Origin: Eledone cirrhosa
Lineage: Eukaryota
Length of the DNA: 64,000 nt
Direction of reading: 5' to 3'
Assembly: GCA_964016885.1 (NCBI GenBank)
Contig: OZ024741.1
Span: 387,562,001 to 387,626,000, forward strand
The translations under genes were made by a program, and so were the position numbers. Below are positions 44,413 to 57,685 of this stretch, piece after piece (the first letter of the stretch is position 1; every line of letters begins with the position of its first letter). The notes beneath the pieces are model-generated. The model saw only the letters and a program-made list of their open reading frames with translations, was not told the DNA's origin and did no database searches.

Positions 44413-45770
44413 TGTACGACAACTACAGGAGAAGTACCTAGCTAAAAGTAAACCCCTATACTTAGCTTTTGTCGACTTGGAGAAAGCCTTCGACAGAGTC
44501 TCCCTTTCCATTATCTGGTGGGCTCTTAGAAAACTAGGTGTTGACGAATGGCTTGTGAGAGCTATACAAGCCATGTATAAAGAAACAGTCAGCAAGGTTA
44601 GAATTAACAACGAATATACTGAAGAGTTTAGTCTAAAAGTTGGTGTTCATCAGGGCTCTTTTCTTAGCCCCCTACTATTTATTATTGCCCTTCAGGCTAT
44701 AACAGAGGAGTTCAAGACCGGCTGCCCATGGGAACTCCTATACGCAGATGATCTAACGCTCATAGCTGAATCAATGGCTGAACTAGAGAAGAAATTCCAA
44801 ACATGGAAGCATGGCCTAGAATCAAAAGGCCTTAAAGTTAACTTGTCTAAGACTAAAGTTCTAGTTTGTAGGAAGGAAAATAGGGGCACCAGTCCCATCC
44901 GGGAAATGGCCATGTTCAGTGTGTAGGAAAGGAGTAGGCAGAAACTCCATTTTATGTCCCAAATGCCAAGTATGGGTGCATAAAAGATGTAGTGGGAACA
45001 CAAGTAAGCTAACTAAGAATATAGATTTTATATGTGGCCGGTGCTCAGGTGCAATCAGTAGCAGCAAGTGCCCACAGAATACTAGCTCATTCCATTGCAC
45101 ACATGGTTCTATAGAAATAGTGGACACCTTCTGTTACCTGGGTGACAAAATCAGCAGTGGTGGAGGGTGCTCTGAAAGTACAGTAGCCAGTCAGAACGGG
45201 ATGGAAAAAGTTCAGAGAGCTTATACCGTTGTTGGCCACAAAAGGTTTCTCTCTAAAAACGAAAGGCAGATTGTATGATGCCTGTATACGAACAGCAATG
45301 CTACATGGCAGTGAGACATTTGCATTGCGTGCAGAGGACCTGTGCAGACTGGAAAGGAACGAAGCATGTATGCTCCGTTGGATGTGCAATAGTAATATAC
45401 GTGAACGGCAAAGCACACATGAACTAAGTGAGAAATTAGGAATAAGAGGGATCAGATGCTGTTTACTTGAGAGAAGACTATGTTGGTATGGTCACGTGAT
45501 GCACATGAAAGACGACAGCTGTATAAAAAAGTGCAGGGCGATCAAAATTGATGGTAGTTACGGAGTAGGTAGACCCAGAAAAACCTGGGACGATTTGATA
45601 AATTCCGACCTTACACACTTGCACCTCTCTAAGATAATGTCACTGGTCCGAGATCTTTGGCGCTACGCAGTAATACAGAATACCCGCCTTCCCTATGTAC
45701 AAAGCGAAACCTACAGTCAGTAGGCACCTCTTAACCAAATATACACCCCAATCCACTACCCCTACCCTAT
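44413..45770 (+). mobile_element. RTE LINE fragment, RT to C-terminus
   Basis: [54 protein letters not shown]; two frameshifts. Confidence 0.92.
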
Positions 45771-46848
45771 GTAAATTAGAATGTATGTGCATGTAAGTAT
45801 GCATATTCGTGATTTTGAAAATATTGTTTATTTAGAAACCAAGCCAGAAACAGTTCTGTATGAGAAAGACATGGTTATCTGATCTGGTTTGTCTCAGAAT
45901 GAGACAACTCGTCTAACCTATGCTAGCTTGGAAAAATTGATGTTAAACGGTGATAATGATGGTGATGATGAGTTGGATATAAAACTCAGTGGACCGCCAA
46001 AACTTTGTCATTGACCATTCATGGGTTCTCTTGGACCACCTTATTGATCACTGCATTAGATGTATTTGCATTGGTTCTATATATTTTTTGTTATAAGATG
46101 GGATGCTTATAGCTGGAATGTCTTAGAATGTTGGTTGGGTTAGGTTTGGTGGGATTCTAATGAACAAGAACATTATTAATAATTCTTATTTCATTCTAGT
46201 TCTGTTTATTCTTTTCTTTTTCCCTTTGTTTCTTTATATGTACCAGAGGACAAAGATAAGTTATCTGTAATCTATGTATTAGTTTTTTTAAATTTGCGTC
46301 CCGTACTTTGAACGACAGAGTTGTTTTGTTATCTTTTGTTTCATTAATTCCAGCTTGATTTTTGGTTCCAATTCTTATACTTGAGTCATTTCTAATCTTT
46401 GAGATGAACCCAAAGTTCTATTTTTTTTCTTTCAATATCTTCCTCTTCTCCCGTACATACTCATTCCACTAAGAATGATATACTTTCCTCTTTTTTAATC
46501 GATTATGTTAAATATTTGATTTAGGTAAGAGAGGATTTTGAAGATGTTTATTGTTTGAAATTCAATCCATTTTAAAGATTTAACCCTTTAGCATTTACAT
46601 TACTCTATATTTAGTATTATATTTTCATGGTAAGGGCTTTACCTCACATAATTATCTCACATAGTATCAAATCTATGTCTGTTTGCCTCCAATGCACTTA
46701 AAAAGCAGTGGACCAATCATGTTCAAACTTGGTATGTGGGTTCCTTAGACCCAGAAATAGGTTTTACTCACTGACATTAATGCAAGCAAGATTTCACTGC
46801 TCTAGCATCACTTCTTCATAATCAACCTATGAACTTTTCAGCCTATCC

Positions 46849-46887
<39 letters not shown>

Positions 46888-46924
46888 CGGGGAAAAGTGG
46901 ACGTAAAATGGTGTGGTGGTGATA

Positions 46925-47325
46925 TCATCATCATCATCATCATCATCAACGTTTAACGTCCGTGTGCCACGCTTGCATGGGTTTGGACGGGGGTATTCCC
47001 ACTTGAGGCAAGAGTGATTGTCTTGCTCGCATAGGACTGTCTGGCAGGTTTTCTACAGTTGGATGCCCTTCCTAACACCAACCACATTTACAGTGTGGGA
47101 CTGGGAGGTTTTTACCGTGTTGCCTACACGGCCACATTACAGCGTGGACTGTGTTTTTTTGTCGTGACTCCTACACGATCTCATTTGTTTCGGCCTGGAT
47201 GTTGTGGCACCAACATAACTTTACATAGGAGGGGGTGGTGTGGATGGGGTGTGGGTTGTGGGACGTGGGTGTATTTTGTTAGAGATGCCTACTGGCTGTA
47301 GTAGGTTTTACTATGTATTTAGGTG
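46925..47325 (-). mobile_element. RTE 3' UTR (type II) copy
   Basis: Near-identical to 24805-25185 and 20655-21050. Confidence 0.85.
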
Positions 47326-47434
47326 ATATATATATATATATATGTATGTAAAAGGTAAATAGAAATAACAACACAATCGGTACAGTATATGGAAGGAATA
47401 TATTAGGTTAACACTTGATATAGCAGGAAGAGGG

Positions 47435-47470
47435 TCTTAACGACTCGGACGCTAGTCCTTCATCAGAAGA
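47435..47470 (-). ncRNA. Degenerate minimal hammerhead motif (Penelope-like pLTR remnant)
   Basis: TCTT-CTGATGA-AGGAC TAGC GTCC-GAGT-CGTT-AAGA; canonical except GAAA changed to GAGT. Confidence 0.55.
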
Positions 47471-47989
47471 ATGAGAAATAAATAGATTGAGGGGACGAGC
47501 GGGTTGGAACTGGAAAAAAATGTCTTTAGATAAAAATAACAGGTCTATTCATGTTGAAATCTCTTGCAAAACTGTTGGTGCTGGCGTTTTGAGTATGATT
47601 TATTTTTTAGAAAAGTGGATGATGGAGCGCGTCTACCTGAAATGGAAAAAAAAAATTACTAAACTATAAAAAAGCTACACTTGTGCACGTGTGTAAGCAT
47701 GTGTGTGTGTGTTATACGTCCGTATGAAGCTAAGAAGAAATGTGTGTGTATATGTGAGTAAAAGAGTGTGTGTGTGCATGTAAGTACGAAGCTATGAGCA
47801 TCACTGTTTAACATCCATTTTCCCATGCTAGCATGAGTTAGACAAGTTGTTTCATTGTAAGAAAAACCAGGTCTGATGACCATGTCTTCCTCATACAGAA
47901 CTGATTTGGGGTAGTTTCTACAGTTGGATGCACTTCCTAACACCAACCACTTTTACTGTGTATGTATGTATCTATATATATATATATAT

Positions 47990-48791
47990 ATATGAATAAA
48001 GTTAGTCCTTCATCAGTGATCTTCCAACCATCATTGGTATTTCATCGCTTTAAAGACCATATACCTCCGGTTGGTGCGAGCAATGGCTAAAAAAAGTCGT
48101 TGGGACACGTAAATAAAGGGGACACGAGAGTGTAAACAAACAAAGATGGTGAAGCAACGAAAAGTGAGGAAGAAGGAGTCAAGTCCCAAATTTCCATGAA
48201 TATAAGTTCGGTGAAATTGTGAACGAGAGAGAATAAAGACCATCAAACCTGGTTGGAATGTGAGCAAGGAAGGAATTCCGTACAGGTCTAACGGGAGGAA
48301 GAAGGGATCTAGTCGGTGAATTCGGTGAACGTAAGTTCTGTGAAATCGTAGACGAGAGAGAGAAAAAAAGCGACCTGCCTGACCAAGGGTGCGAAAGAAA
48401 AGAATTACGCACAGGTCAAACGGGAAGGAGGAGGAGGAGAGGTAGTAACAGAGAGTGAGTGAGTGAAGGGTGAGGAAGAGGCTAACAGAGAGAGTGACTG
48501 TTAGAGAGGGTAAAGATACAGAGAAAGAGGAAGCAGTAAGAACGAAATAGACGGGTAATAGCGGGGGAAAAAATGTGTAAATATGAGAATAAACGTGCTG
48601 CGTGGTTGCTAATGGGTTACATATGAATAAAGTTAGTCCTTCATCAGTGATCTTCCAACCATCATTGGTATTTCATCGCTTTAAAGACCATATACCTCCG
48701 GTTGGTGCGAGCAACGGCTAAAAAAAGTCGTTGGGACACGTAAATAAAGGGGACACGAGAGTGTAAACAAACAAAGATGGTGAAGCAACGA
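47990..48791. mobile_element. Partial tandem element, 631-bp period (~171-bp direct repeats), each repeat holding a hammerhead 5' half
   Basis: 47990-48160 equals 48621-48791 apart from 1 difference; minus strand CTGATGAAGGACTAAC. Confidence 0.75.
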
Positions 48792-48802
48792 TATATATAT
48801 AT

Positions 48803-48942
48803 CGTTCAGAGATAGCTGTCAAAACGGCCGGAGCTCAGCCGTCGGGGCCCTGACTCTTTTCCTATTACCCACTCTACTACCAATAGTAAGAGTACTCTGG
48901 TCCGTTATGGTCCACCTGGTTCATTACCACACTTCCTTTGTT
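48803..48942 (+). mobile_element. Second copy of the small element at 27796-27933
   Basis: Shared CCTATTACCCACTCTACTACC and GTTATGGTCCACCTGGTTC; TA-flanked. Confidence 0.8.
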
Positions 48943-49244
48943 ATATATATATAAAGAGAGAGAGAGACATGTATATACATAGATACATATATATATTAAT
49001 TAAAAGTTAATTAATCCCTAATACTTAAATATCTCAATGATTGTAATCTCTCAGAGAAGCAATGTTATATATTAAATTTAAGTGAGAAAAAACTCTATTT
49101 ATGGGAGTATAAACCAGATAGACAAAAACAGTATTTTATCTAAACTCACTTATATAAATATCTCCTTACCATGGTTTAGTTTGCAGAAAAATTCTTATTG
49201 GAACCACCAATAATTAAAGAATCCACAATACTCTTCTGGGGAGT

Positions 49245-49473
49245 TTAACCCTTTAGCATTCACATTACTCTATATATACTATTGTATTTTTGTAGTAAAC
49301 ATGTTATCTTACATAATCATCGCACATAATATCAAATCTATGAGATTTTGATGTTATTTATTTTGAGAACAATACATTAACATCAGTATAAGCAGCCAAT
49401 TTCAACTGGTTTGAACAGAAAGCGGTGAGACATTTCTAGCCGGATACGGCCAGTTTGAATGCTAAAGAGTTAA
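49245..49473. mobile_element. piggyBac-type MITE with TTAA TSDs
   Basis: TTAA|CCCTTTAGCATTCA ... TGAATGCTAAAGAG|TTAA; a truncated relative starts at ~46580. Confidence 0.8.
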
Positions 49474-50234
49474 ATTCTTCAAAAGCTATGAGAAAATTGA
49501 CCGACAATTATACATACTGTTTCATTTGCCGAGGTAGCATGCTGAATAGAAAAACAGATTCTGCAGTAGAAATATTACGTGATCAAAAATCTTTTAACAT
49601 ATTAGGACTATGTGGCAAGCTTATAATGCTGCTAGAAATAGCAACCAAAAGACCATTTGGTACAAATTAGGAGCAGTTAATATTAATTAAAGGTTAATTA
49701 GTCTCTAATACTTAAAAATGTCAATAGGGGGAATCATTTAAGCGAGAAAAAACTCTATTTATAGGAGTACAAACCAGGTAGACAAAACTAATATTTTATC
49801 TACTCCCTACCGAATGATTCGGGGGACTGCGTCATACCGATATAACAACATTTTTGCAGGCGGTTCTTGAATCAAGTTCTCAATTTTCTATTTAATTTTC
49901 TCTATCTTCCATTATATGTTTGGGTTCAATGTAACCCTGTTAAGTAATTCTGTGGAAGTCACCTGATGAGATTGTCCTGTTTTACATCATAATTAGATGA
50001 TGGAGCTGGGCCATCAAAATATATATAGTAATTTCACAGAATTAAAATTCTAAAGCAAATTTTCCTGTTCAGCCTTCTGTAGTTGTTTAATAAATACTTT
50101 ATTCCGTTCCTACCACTGGATACCACATCGTCGATGGATGGCTTGCATGATGAGTGCTTTAATTAATTTGTTGCATCATGGTTTACCAACCAGAACCACC
50201 AGTTCTTCCCATTGGTAATCAAACTAATTTAAAT

Positions 50235-50276
<42 letters not shown>

Positions 50277-50279
<3 letters not shown>

Positions 50280-50925
50280 TCATCATCATCATTTTACGTC
50301 CGCTTTTCCCTGCTTGCAAGGGTGGGACGGGTCTTATTCAGCACAGCATCTCTCCACTTGTCACGGTCCTTCGTCATCTCCACCGTGAGCTTCAGCGATC
50401 TGAGGTCTGTTCTCACCACCTCCGCCCATGTTTTTCGTGGTCTACCTCTACCACATCTTCCTTCAACAGGCATTTCCTGGCACTTCTTCACCCATCGGTC
50501 ATCCTCCATGCACATCACATGTCCATACCACCTCAGTCTCCTCTCTCGCACACTACATTCTATCCCTCTCAGACACAGTTTCTCTCTCAACACATTCATA
50601 CTGGGTCATTCACGCACATTGACATTGTACATCCAACGGAGCATGCTTGTCTCATTTCTCTCCAGCTGTTGCATATCCTCTGCAGTTGCTGCCCATGTCT
50701 CACTACCATGCAACATCGTGCTCCTCACACAGGCATCATATAACCGGCCTTTCGTACGCAGAGAGAAACCCTTCTTTGTCAGCAGAGAAAGCAGCTCCCT
50801 AAACTTCTTCCAACCCGTCCTTATTCTAGATATTATGGCCTCGGAACACTCCCCCCCTCTCCCATGCTAATCTGATATCCTAGGTACCGGAAGCTATCCA
50901 CCACTTCTATAGCACCCGCCTGCAT
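50277..50925 (-). mobile_element. RTE LINE 3' fragment (short-UTR subfamily)
   Basis: [38 protein letters not shown]; (GAT)n tail. Confidence 0.88.
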
Positions 50926-53550
50926 TTGAAAAAAAAAAATATATATATATAAAATAGCTTGTTTGTCTTCAATGCACTTGAAAACCAGTGGATCAATGAT
51001 GTTCAGACTTGGCATGTGAGTTCTTTTGACTCAGGAATAGATTTTCCTCATACTTGGACCTATATTCATTTGTTTATATGTTTGTTTGTCTCTTTGTCAA
51101 TCTGTGGTCGTTGTGCGGTATGGAGAGAATGAAGAAGTGAGAATTTGAGAGAAAACACGTGAAATAAAATAGAGCACTGAAAGCCAAAGATGGAACAAAG
51201 CAAGTAGGATAACAAGGTATGAATGTAGAGAGAAAGAAACAGATAAAGAAAGTCAGCGGCACACGTTCAACATAGTAGCCAACACTAAAGCAAGAATCAC
51301 ACGCTTGCTTCAATATTGAACGTCCCCCTCTTTCTCTCCTGCATGAAAGGTACAACTAAAACAAGTGAGCGACATGCATTCAGTCAACATAAAGCAACAA
51401 CACATGCCTGTTTTAATATCAAAACCTGCTCTCTCCTCTATTGGCTGCAGCTCATTTTGTCATACATTCTTTATATTTCTTCCATGTGTGTATATATATA
51501 TATCATCTTTACTTAATATTTAGCATGTGAGCAAAAAGACCTCCATACAGTTTGCGGGCATTGTGTTTATATTTTAATGCAACTTAACCCTTTAGCAAAA
51601 ATCTCCATCTGGCTTAAATGACCTGGATGCTGCCCGGACCCCATAGTTTAAGAAGTTAAAGGTCAAAACATGTGAGGGGTTTCTTCTCTGAAGATCTTCT
51701 ACTGTCCAGCTCTCTTGAGAGTTTCTTACCACTATCTTCTTTGTATCTTTCTTGTGTGTATATATATATGCCACATTTTCTTATATAGCTCCGTGTGTAT
51801 ATATATGTGTGTGTGTGTGTGTCAGCCTCTCATTAAATGTTGGGTTCTTTATTTGAATTATAAAAACACTACTAAAAATAACATGTTAACCTGTGATATT
51901 TTTTTGCATATCCATTTCTGTTTGTTTTGGTTGTTTCCAAAAAACAACTGAAAGTTAATGCAGTGAATCCTTGATTTTAGATCCATCATTAACAGAAAAA
52001 TTAAGATTTTTTTTAGATAAATAATAGTCACATTGGAAGCTGCAAGCAAAAAATGACCCCAAAGAATAGACCTTCATTTGGAAGAAAATCTCATATATAT
52101 TATATGGAAACAAATTTTTGTGTCTTGTGTGTAACTTAGAAATTTGTTTCCATTCCTTGAGTACTTTAATTAATTAATTTTCCCCTTTTCAATATATGAA
52201 TATACTCTAGTGGTATGGACCTTGCAGAGATGAGGAGGATCATTTCATCAGTTGCAAGAGAACACCACACCACGTTTTGCTGTCTTTTCTTTCACAATAC
52301 AAACATGCACATATAAGTATAATCATTTAGTTTAACAAAACACTGACATTAAGATTATAACTGATATATAATATTTATATTTATGTTTAATTTATTTTTT
52401 CCTTAAGGCATCTTTTTCTTCGTTTATTTAATGCGACATTCAATTCAACTTTTCATACCTTTTTATAGCGTTTTATATTTTTTTATAACCTGACCTTCAT
52501 AGCATGTCTCCTTTAATTTGATTCTATTTGACTGTCACTATACACTGGTTTTTGGCCAGGGTGACATTGTTTTATTACCCCTAACTTTTGTGGCAGCTTG
52601 CCGTTTGGTTCTCATTAACAGCATAGCAGTATCTATGAACAGCAGAATTTCTGTTGCCCAGTTTGCGCCTACCAAACCTACAATGCTTAGCATGATGGGT
52701 TTGTTATTTGGAAATGGTCTGCCGCAACAATAACACCGAATTTGATGGGATTTAGTAAAACATTATTAAGCTAATGTTTGGAGCATAACTTAACAAAACT
52801 TCTTACATAAAATTATGGTGGAAGATTTTAGATGTATATCAAATACTTTAAAATAAACAACTTAGTACCAGAAAATCACAAGTGGTTTTAGGCAGGTTTG
52901 TACGAAAAGGGTTAAACAAGCCTTACTATGGGATTAGATTAAGGACGTAATCTAAATCTTTAACATAATGAAGCGCTGTTGTGAATCTCTATAAGCTTAT
53001 GTATTGAAATAGAAATAATTTTTGATTTGATTTTCTTTCCACAACTGTGCCCTATTGTCTTGAAAAGACAATAGGGCACAGTTGCATAACATAGTCCTAG
53101 ATATGCAATGCGCAAGAGAAGGATAGGATGGTCATGGTTGGAATACCTTTTATCATAGGCCTGCTCAGTCAAGTCTTACCCAAAGCTAAACAACAACAAC
53201 AACAACAATAAAAAGTATTTGATAATGTGTTTTGTAAAATTCAGCTAGTACTATCCTGATTTGTACTTTTATCTTATTGATAACTACTGTAAGTGGTTAC
53301 AACATTATGGGTTTTAGATTGTTTGTCTCTTCTTGGTCTTTGTACTTTGTTAAGTGAGAGAAACCTGCTGTAACATGTCTGCTTTTTAATATTATCTTAA
53401 CAAATAACATTTGTAGATATACACTCAAGAAACTTGTTCACCCAGGAATCCTATGTTACACACCTATAATTTTTGAAATTAACAATGTCTAGATATTTCA
53501 TTAAAATGTTTGTAAGTGGAGGGCTCCCCAAAGTTACTGTAACATTAATG

Positions 53551-53712
53551 CTAGTGTTACAGCTCATACCCATGTTACAGTTAATGTAGTTCACATCTGT
53601 GTTACAGCTAGTGTTACAGTTTACACCCGTGTTACAGTTAATGTTGTAGTTCACATCTGTGTTACAGATAGTGTTACAGTTTACACCCATGTTACAGTTA
53701 ATGTTGTAGCTC
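53551..53712. repeat. 60-bp minisatellite (two diverged 30-bp halves), ~2.7 copies
   Basis: Unit CTAGTGTTACAGTTTACACCCGTGTTACAGTTAATGTTGTAGTTCACATCTGTGTTACAG. Confidence 0.85.
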
Positions 53713-54099
53713 ATAGGAGGCTTCACAGGCGTTTGAATGAGAGGGGTCCCAGTTTTATTATGAAAAGTTTTAGTGCTGAAGAACACTGTGACACCCAGTT
53801 CAGGAATCAAGCCCATGCTCTTAAGATTGTGAGTCCAACATTATAACCATTAGGCCAATCAATACTGTCAGTGGGACTACCCAGGGGGTCAGTTGAATGT
53901 TTGAGCCAAAACCTGACATATTACTCTATTGTGTTCCAGCTGACAGGCTGAGGCCATGCTGGAGTACTGCCATATGTATAAAAAATGAAAATATATAAAA
54001 TAATACAATACAATACAACTTTCTTATACAGGTTTCTGATTTATATATAGTCTTTATTTTATAATTTCTTTACCGGTTTCTTTATTTTTTGTCCATACC

Positions 54100-54410
54100 A
54101 TGAGTTGTTAGAATGTCGACAAAGTATTTTGAGGTATTTGTTCTGGGTCTCTGCTCTCTGAGTTCAAATCCTGCCAAGGTCAACTTTGACTTTCATCCTT
54201 TTGAGGTCGATAAAGGAAAGTACCGGTCTAGTACTATTTGTCTTCTATATCTCTTTCTCATTTCCTCTTTATCACTTTCTATCCTTCTCTGGAAGAGATC
54301 TGGGGAGGGAGAGGCTCCACCAGGCTTAAAATGCCCTAGAAATGCCTTGTTACCATCGTGTAACTACAACTCCCTCAGGAGTACGTGACCATGCATGGAT
54401 ACACTGCCTG
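54100..54410 (+). mobile_element. Older SINE family with central TTTCATCC..GGTCGATAA..AGTACC domain; relatives at 55140-55250(-), 55950-56280(+), 60025-60150(-), 61220-61340(+)
   Basis: B-box GAGTTCAAATC plus the shared central motif across five copies. Confidence 0.65.
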
Positions 54411-54667
54411 GAGCCAATTTATGGGTCAATAGCCTAAAAAAGTTTGTAGGTCCCTGATTTAGCATACACTATATATACTTGTGTATGCGCCAATTTGAAT
54501 ATAAGCATCCCACACCCCCCATTTTATATCTGAGAAATTAGCAAAAATCGAAACCCTGTGTATAAGCCAAGGCAGCTAATCAACAAATTGGGTTTAGATT
54601 GCGTGGTTTTGTAAATTCTCACAAGTAGAGAATATCTTTTATGAAGTTTTTATATGGTATCATCATT

Positions 54668-55005
54668 CATCATCATCATTTCATTTTACGTCCGCTTTTC
54701 CCTGCTTGCAAGGGTGGGACGGGAACTGATTCTGGCTTGATTTCTACAGCTGGATGCCCTTCTAACACCAACCTCATTTACAGTGAGTGCTGGGTGTGCT
54801 TTTTTGCCGTGGCACCTCCACGACCACTTTACAGGGGAATGATAGGGACCCCAGTCCCTATCATCTCACTTTTACAGCTGAGTAAACTGGAGCAATGTGA
54901 AATAAAGTGTCTTGCTCAAGGAAACAACACATCACCCGGTCTGAGAATTGAACTCACAACCTTTCGATTGCAAGGCCAATGCTCTAACCACTAAGCCATG
55001 TGCCC
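54668..55005 (-). mobile_element. tRNA-derived SINE with short-UTR RTE tail
   Basis: Collinear with 21576-21908; A- and B-boxes intact. Confidence 0.85.
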
Positions 55006-55356
55006 CTATCTAAAATGTTTTTAAGTGTTGTTTAAATGAAAATCAACAAAATATTAAACTTGACTATAAGTTGACGCTCATTTTATCATCTTTTTTTGTC
55101 CCATATTTCTCAGCTATTACATAAGTATATGTATGCGTGGATTAAAGTCAAAGTTGAGCTTGGTAAGATTTGAACTCTGAGAGTAGATAGCTGAAATGAA
55201 TACCACAAAGCATTCTATCTGACATTCTAATGACTCTGCCAATTTGCCACCTTTTATATGAGTATACATGGTAATTCATATCACTGTCTTTGTTTTAATG
55301 TCACATTGTTGGTAAGCTATAAATTATTTTTTGTCACAATTTTGTTTCTCACATGG

Positions 55357-55478
55357 GTGATATGTGACCTAGTGGTTTGGGTGTTGGTCTCATGATTTTA
55401 AGGTAATGGGTTCAATTCCTGGACAAGATGGTGTGTTGAGTCTTTGAAGGACTTTATTTCACATTGCTCCAATCCACT
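55357..55478 (+). mobile_element. Degenerate tRNA-SINE head
   Basis: GTGACCTAGTGG A-box, GGGTTCAATTCC B-box, ACTTTATTTCACATTGCTCCA centre. Confidence 0.6.
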
Positions 55479-57314
55479 ATCCAAAGAATGCATAGACTTT
55501 AATGATTGATGAGATTCAGAAAGCCAGTACAATGTGATAGAAATATATAAAGGGTAATGGATGACAAATAAAACAAAACAAAGTAATGCTTTACCTAGGC
55601 TATTTCAACATGATATTTCAGAGCTAATATGCTCTTTTCAAATGTAAAACAAAAACGCTTCAAAACAAAACAAACGATTGATGTATTTTTCCTAACTGGT
55701 GTGTCTAAATTACTTGTAGTTTTATTTGTCATCCTTTGCCATTTATATATTTCTACTGCATTGTACTGGATTTCAGAAACTTACCAGTCATTTATTACAT
55801 ATACTACTTTATAGAGTTTAAGATGACAATTAGAAGAGTCAAAGAAAAGACTAACTTTGAAATGTAATTGAGTTAACTGTTGGTGATTAGTGCTTGGTTT
55901 GTAGCAATAGTGCAACTAGCTTTGTTTAAAGACTCCTCTGCAAGAGTTAAGGCATCAAATTGGCAGAGTTGTTAGAATGTCAGATAGAATGCTTTGTGGT
56001 ATTCGTTTCAGCTCTCTGCTCTCTGAGATCAAATCACACTGAGGTCAACTTTGCCTCTCATCCAATTGAGGTTGATAAAAAAAGTACCAATCTAGTACTG
56101 GGTTCGATTCTTCTTCTATATCTCTTTCTCACTTTCTATCCTTCTCTGGAAGAAATCTGATGTATTCATACATAGAGAGGGATAGGTTCCGCCAGGTTTA
56201 AAAATACCAATGAAAAGCTATATATCAACACGGCTTCCATACGGCTCCCTCAAGAGTTATGGGAACATGCATACATGCAAGAGTTGCTGGTAGGCTTTGC
56301 TGATATGAAGGGCAACAACTTTGTCTTTCCGAAAATTCTTTAGCATGTAGGCTATAATAGAGTAACGTCCCCTTTGATTAGTTTTCTTAACCATATATCT
56401 CTAACACATACTGTAAACAGAAGAGTTGAATTGCTTTACCAGTGTTTATCAAGTATTGGTGTACAGTTTCCATTCTCCCACTCCCTCTAAAATGGAGGAA
56501 CTATGTGTCTAGTTGAGTATTACCATAAAATATTAGATTTGCTAGCTTATACAGAGAATATGGTTTTACAGTAAATTAAAATTTCTTAGAATCACATTAT
56601 CTTTGTATAAGTGAGAGTGTGTGTGTGTGTGCTTTAAGTCTCATTTGTGCAGTATTTCTCATAGAAGAAGGTGTCCATAGAGGCCCAGTGAAGACTGAAA
56701 TTGGGGTGGGGAAATTACCATGTTTAGAATAAAGTAGTATAGTTAATACAAAGCATTAGGAGATATGTAATAAAATGGTTCTCTGTGAGCAAGACATGGT
56801 CATCAAATCTGATTTTTCTCCCAACGGGATAACCTCTCTAACCCATGCTAATGTGGAAAATGGATGTTAAACGGTGATGATGATAATGATTATATATATA
56901 TTCGTAGAATAATGGGAAAAATTAGATGCAAGGCAGCTGTTGAAACAGCAAAATGCCGTCAATGACAGCATTGGGTAAAATTTACCTCAAAGGATAAAAA
57001 TAAGCTGTTAGAAGTGTGTTGGCCCGCAGAAGTGATAGGAAGAAAGGAGAAAAGGAATAAAAATGGACGCGAGAAGGTCACACAAACATTTAAATACTTT
57101 CATCAGCTTTTAGACTGCCTGTGGTTTCAACGATTTAAGTAAAAGGACCATCTAAAATAGACAGCTCGTACAATGGCGAAATAAATATCTCTGTTGGTAT
57201 GATTTTTATGTGAGGAACGAACAGATTAGATAGACAGACAGGTCAGAAAGAAAGAAGTAAAGTGTGTCCACTTGGCCTCAGTGGACTGATAATATATATA
57301 TTATCAGTCAATGT

Positions 57315-57685
57315 TGTAAATGTGGTTGGCATTAGGAAGGGTATCCAGCCATAGAAAACAAGCCAGAAACAGTTTTGTATGAGCAAGACATGGGCACCTG
57401 ATTTGACTCGTCTCACAATGGGATAACCTGTATATATGTATATATAGATAGATAGATAGAAATCTTGCCAAACAAAGAGTTATGAGGACCCTCAGTTGTG
57501 TCAGGGGCATAAGAACTTCTCCTGAGCACTCGGTGGAATATGAGACCATCATAAGTGTGACAGATCCTTGGCCTGTCTGGGAGATCAGTGGCTCCGCTTC
57601 AGTACTGACTTGGTCTATATGGACCTATCCAACTCTTGCTAGCAGGGAAAACAGATGTTAAAATGATGATGATGATGATGATGAT
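57315..57685 (+). mobile_element. Old RTE-tailed repeat remnants; related piece at 63360-63475
   Basis: GTTGGCATTAGGAAGGGTATCCAGC motif, plus an end shared with 63360-63475 (TTGGTCTATAT.GACCT.TCCAACTC) and a (GAT)n tail. Confidence 0.6.

Noticed and set aside
50135-50190. C/D snoRNA or miRNA around ATGATGA
   Set aside because: No downstream CTGA D box at a suitable distance and only a short 7-bp stem.
53451-53816. Cys/Asn pentapeptide-repeat protein (121 aa)
   Set aside because: The ORF starts in a SINE head remnant and spans a 60-bp minisatellite; no splice or homology support.
55510-55532. miR-1175 (TGAGATTCA seed match)
   Set aside because: Only the first 9 nt match; no mature sequence or hairpin.
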